Program-made: the position numbers and the translations under genes
Shown: piece by piece, positions 63,357 through 64,000 of the stretch
Position numbering within the stretch: the first letter of the stretch is position 1
Layout of the letters: each line of letters opens with the position of its first letter
Source of the DNA: Candidatus Latescibacterota bacterium
GTDB lineage: Bacteria; Latescibacterota; UBA2968; UBA8231
Length of the DNA stretch: 64,000 nt
NCBI GenBank assembly: GCA_965204725.1
Contig: OZ242005.1
Location: forward strand, 1,152,001 to 1,216,000
Reading direction: 5' to 3'
The notes under the pieces: model-generated
What the model was told of the DNA's origin: nothing
The model's input: only the letters and a program-made list of their open reading frames with translations
The model's database searches: none

Positions 63357-63641
63357 GTGAATATGAAGACTCTATGGGACATTGTATGGGAGATTGTCGG
63401 CAGAATAGCGTTTGATGGTGTTCCTTCTCTTTTTAGGCGCGACCTGCCCAAACCCATTCATCGACTGCGGCTAGCAGCATGGACCGTCGTGATTGCTGGC
63501 GCAGTATTATTTTTTTTAACGGATGTGCCCTCATTAGCGGCGCATAGACGCTTGCTCAAAAGCGCGGTCCTTGGCGGCTTGGTCCTTTTTGTCGCGCTCT
63601 TGGTAGCCATGACTCTTCTCGGCAAAAGGTGGAAGCGATAA
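63357..63641 (+). CDS. Small hypothetical membrane protein (2 TM)
   Basis: Two hydrophobic stretches and a basic C-terminus; start 63357 or 63363. Confidence 0.55.
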   Translation: MNMKTLWDIVWEIVGRIAFDGVPSLFRRDLPKPIHRLRLAAWTVVIAGAVLFFLTDVPSLAAHRRLLKSAVLGGLVLFVALLVAMTLLGKRWKR

Positions 63642-63740
63642 GGGCGTTTCCAACTCAATAGCAAGTGGGCTACGGCCAAGCGTGTGCATTTTTCGGGGCA
63701 CCCCGACCCAAGACGAAGACATGAGCTGTCAGGCGTACGC

Positions 63741-63797
63741 AAAGGCGTGGTCGTCCAGACTGCTTTGAGGTTCGCAGCGTAGGACAACCACGCCTTT
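63741..63797. terminator. Long hairpin between convergent genes, probable bidirectional terminator
   Basis: AAAGGCGTGGTCGTCC ... GGACAACCACGCCTTT (15/16 complementary). Confidence 0.6.
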
Positions 63798-63824
63798 CTC
63801 GTCGAAGCGGCTGGCGCGCTCAAC

Positions 63825-63998
63825 TTACTCTGCGTTGGCCTCGATCAAGACCTGAATTTTTACTTCATCCCCGAGCACGGCGCTGAAGCGTTCCCAACTA
63901 TTGACTCCGTAGTCGGAGCAGAGCACTGAAAAATTCGTTTCTAGGCCGATCTGCGCCTTGCCGTTGCGCGGATTGGTGCCGGTGCCGAGGATCTCGAC
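63825..63998 (-). CDS. YceI family protein, C-terminal part (5' end outside the window)
   Basis: Manual translation ...IGLETNFSVLCSDYGV...LGDEVKIQVLIEANAE* matches the YceI C-terminus. Confidence 0.7.
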   Translation of the reverse strand, partial: VEILGTGTNPRNGKAQIGLETNFSVLCSDYGVNSWERFSAVLGDEVKIQVLIEANAE

Positions 63999-64000
63999 GG

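Noticed and set aside
1-64000. tRNA, rRNA, integrase, transposase or prophage genes
   Set aside because: None recognised by eye; tRNAscan-SE, Infernal and ISEScan would be needed to exclude small or degenerate ones.

Overview
GC-rich bacterial window. The gene content (many sulfatases, Gfo/Idh/MocA oxidoreductases, PhyH dioxygenases, enolase-superfamily enzymes, GH-like propellers, secreted proteins ending in a WGxxK motif or an NYPNPFN/FlgD-Ig tail) suggests a Latescibacterota/Poribacteria-like marine symbiont; this assignment is inference only. Lower-GC defence insertions interrupt the catabolic backbone: (1) a type I R-M locus (1.5-12.8 kb) carrying a zeta-like ATPase pair, a RES-domain gene, AlbA_2 and VapB remnants, an AAA/PD-(D/E)XK gene and an orphan HIRAN gene; (2) an MNT-HEPN pair; (3) a type II C5-methyltransferase/endonuclease pair; (4) a Fic gene and a DUF433 antitoxin whose PIN toxin is destroyed; (5) a relic type I-G CRISPR-Cas locus, with a frameshifted and truncated cas3 and an intact Hna-like helicase-nuclease gene bracketed by two solitary I-G-like repeats. 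Two unrelated envelope genes 30 kb apart share a 5' module of a 28-bp AT-rich IHF-like palindrome plus an interrupted G/C homopolymer; one is in frame and the other out of frame, suggesting a shared phase-variation switch. Three tandem GT-C-like membrane paralogs are mosaics of one another. I saw no rRNA, tRNA, transposase, integrase or multi-spacer CRISPR array. All family calls come from motif recognition by eye, not database searches.
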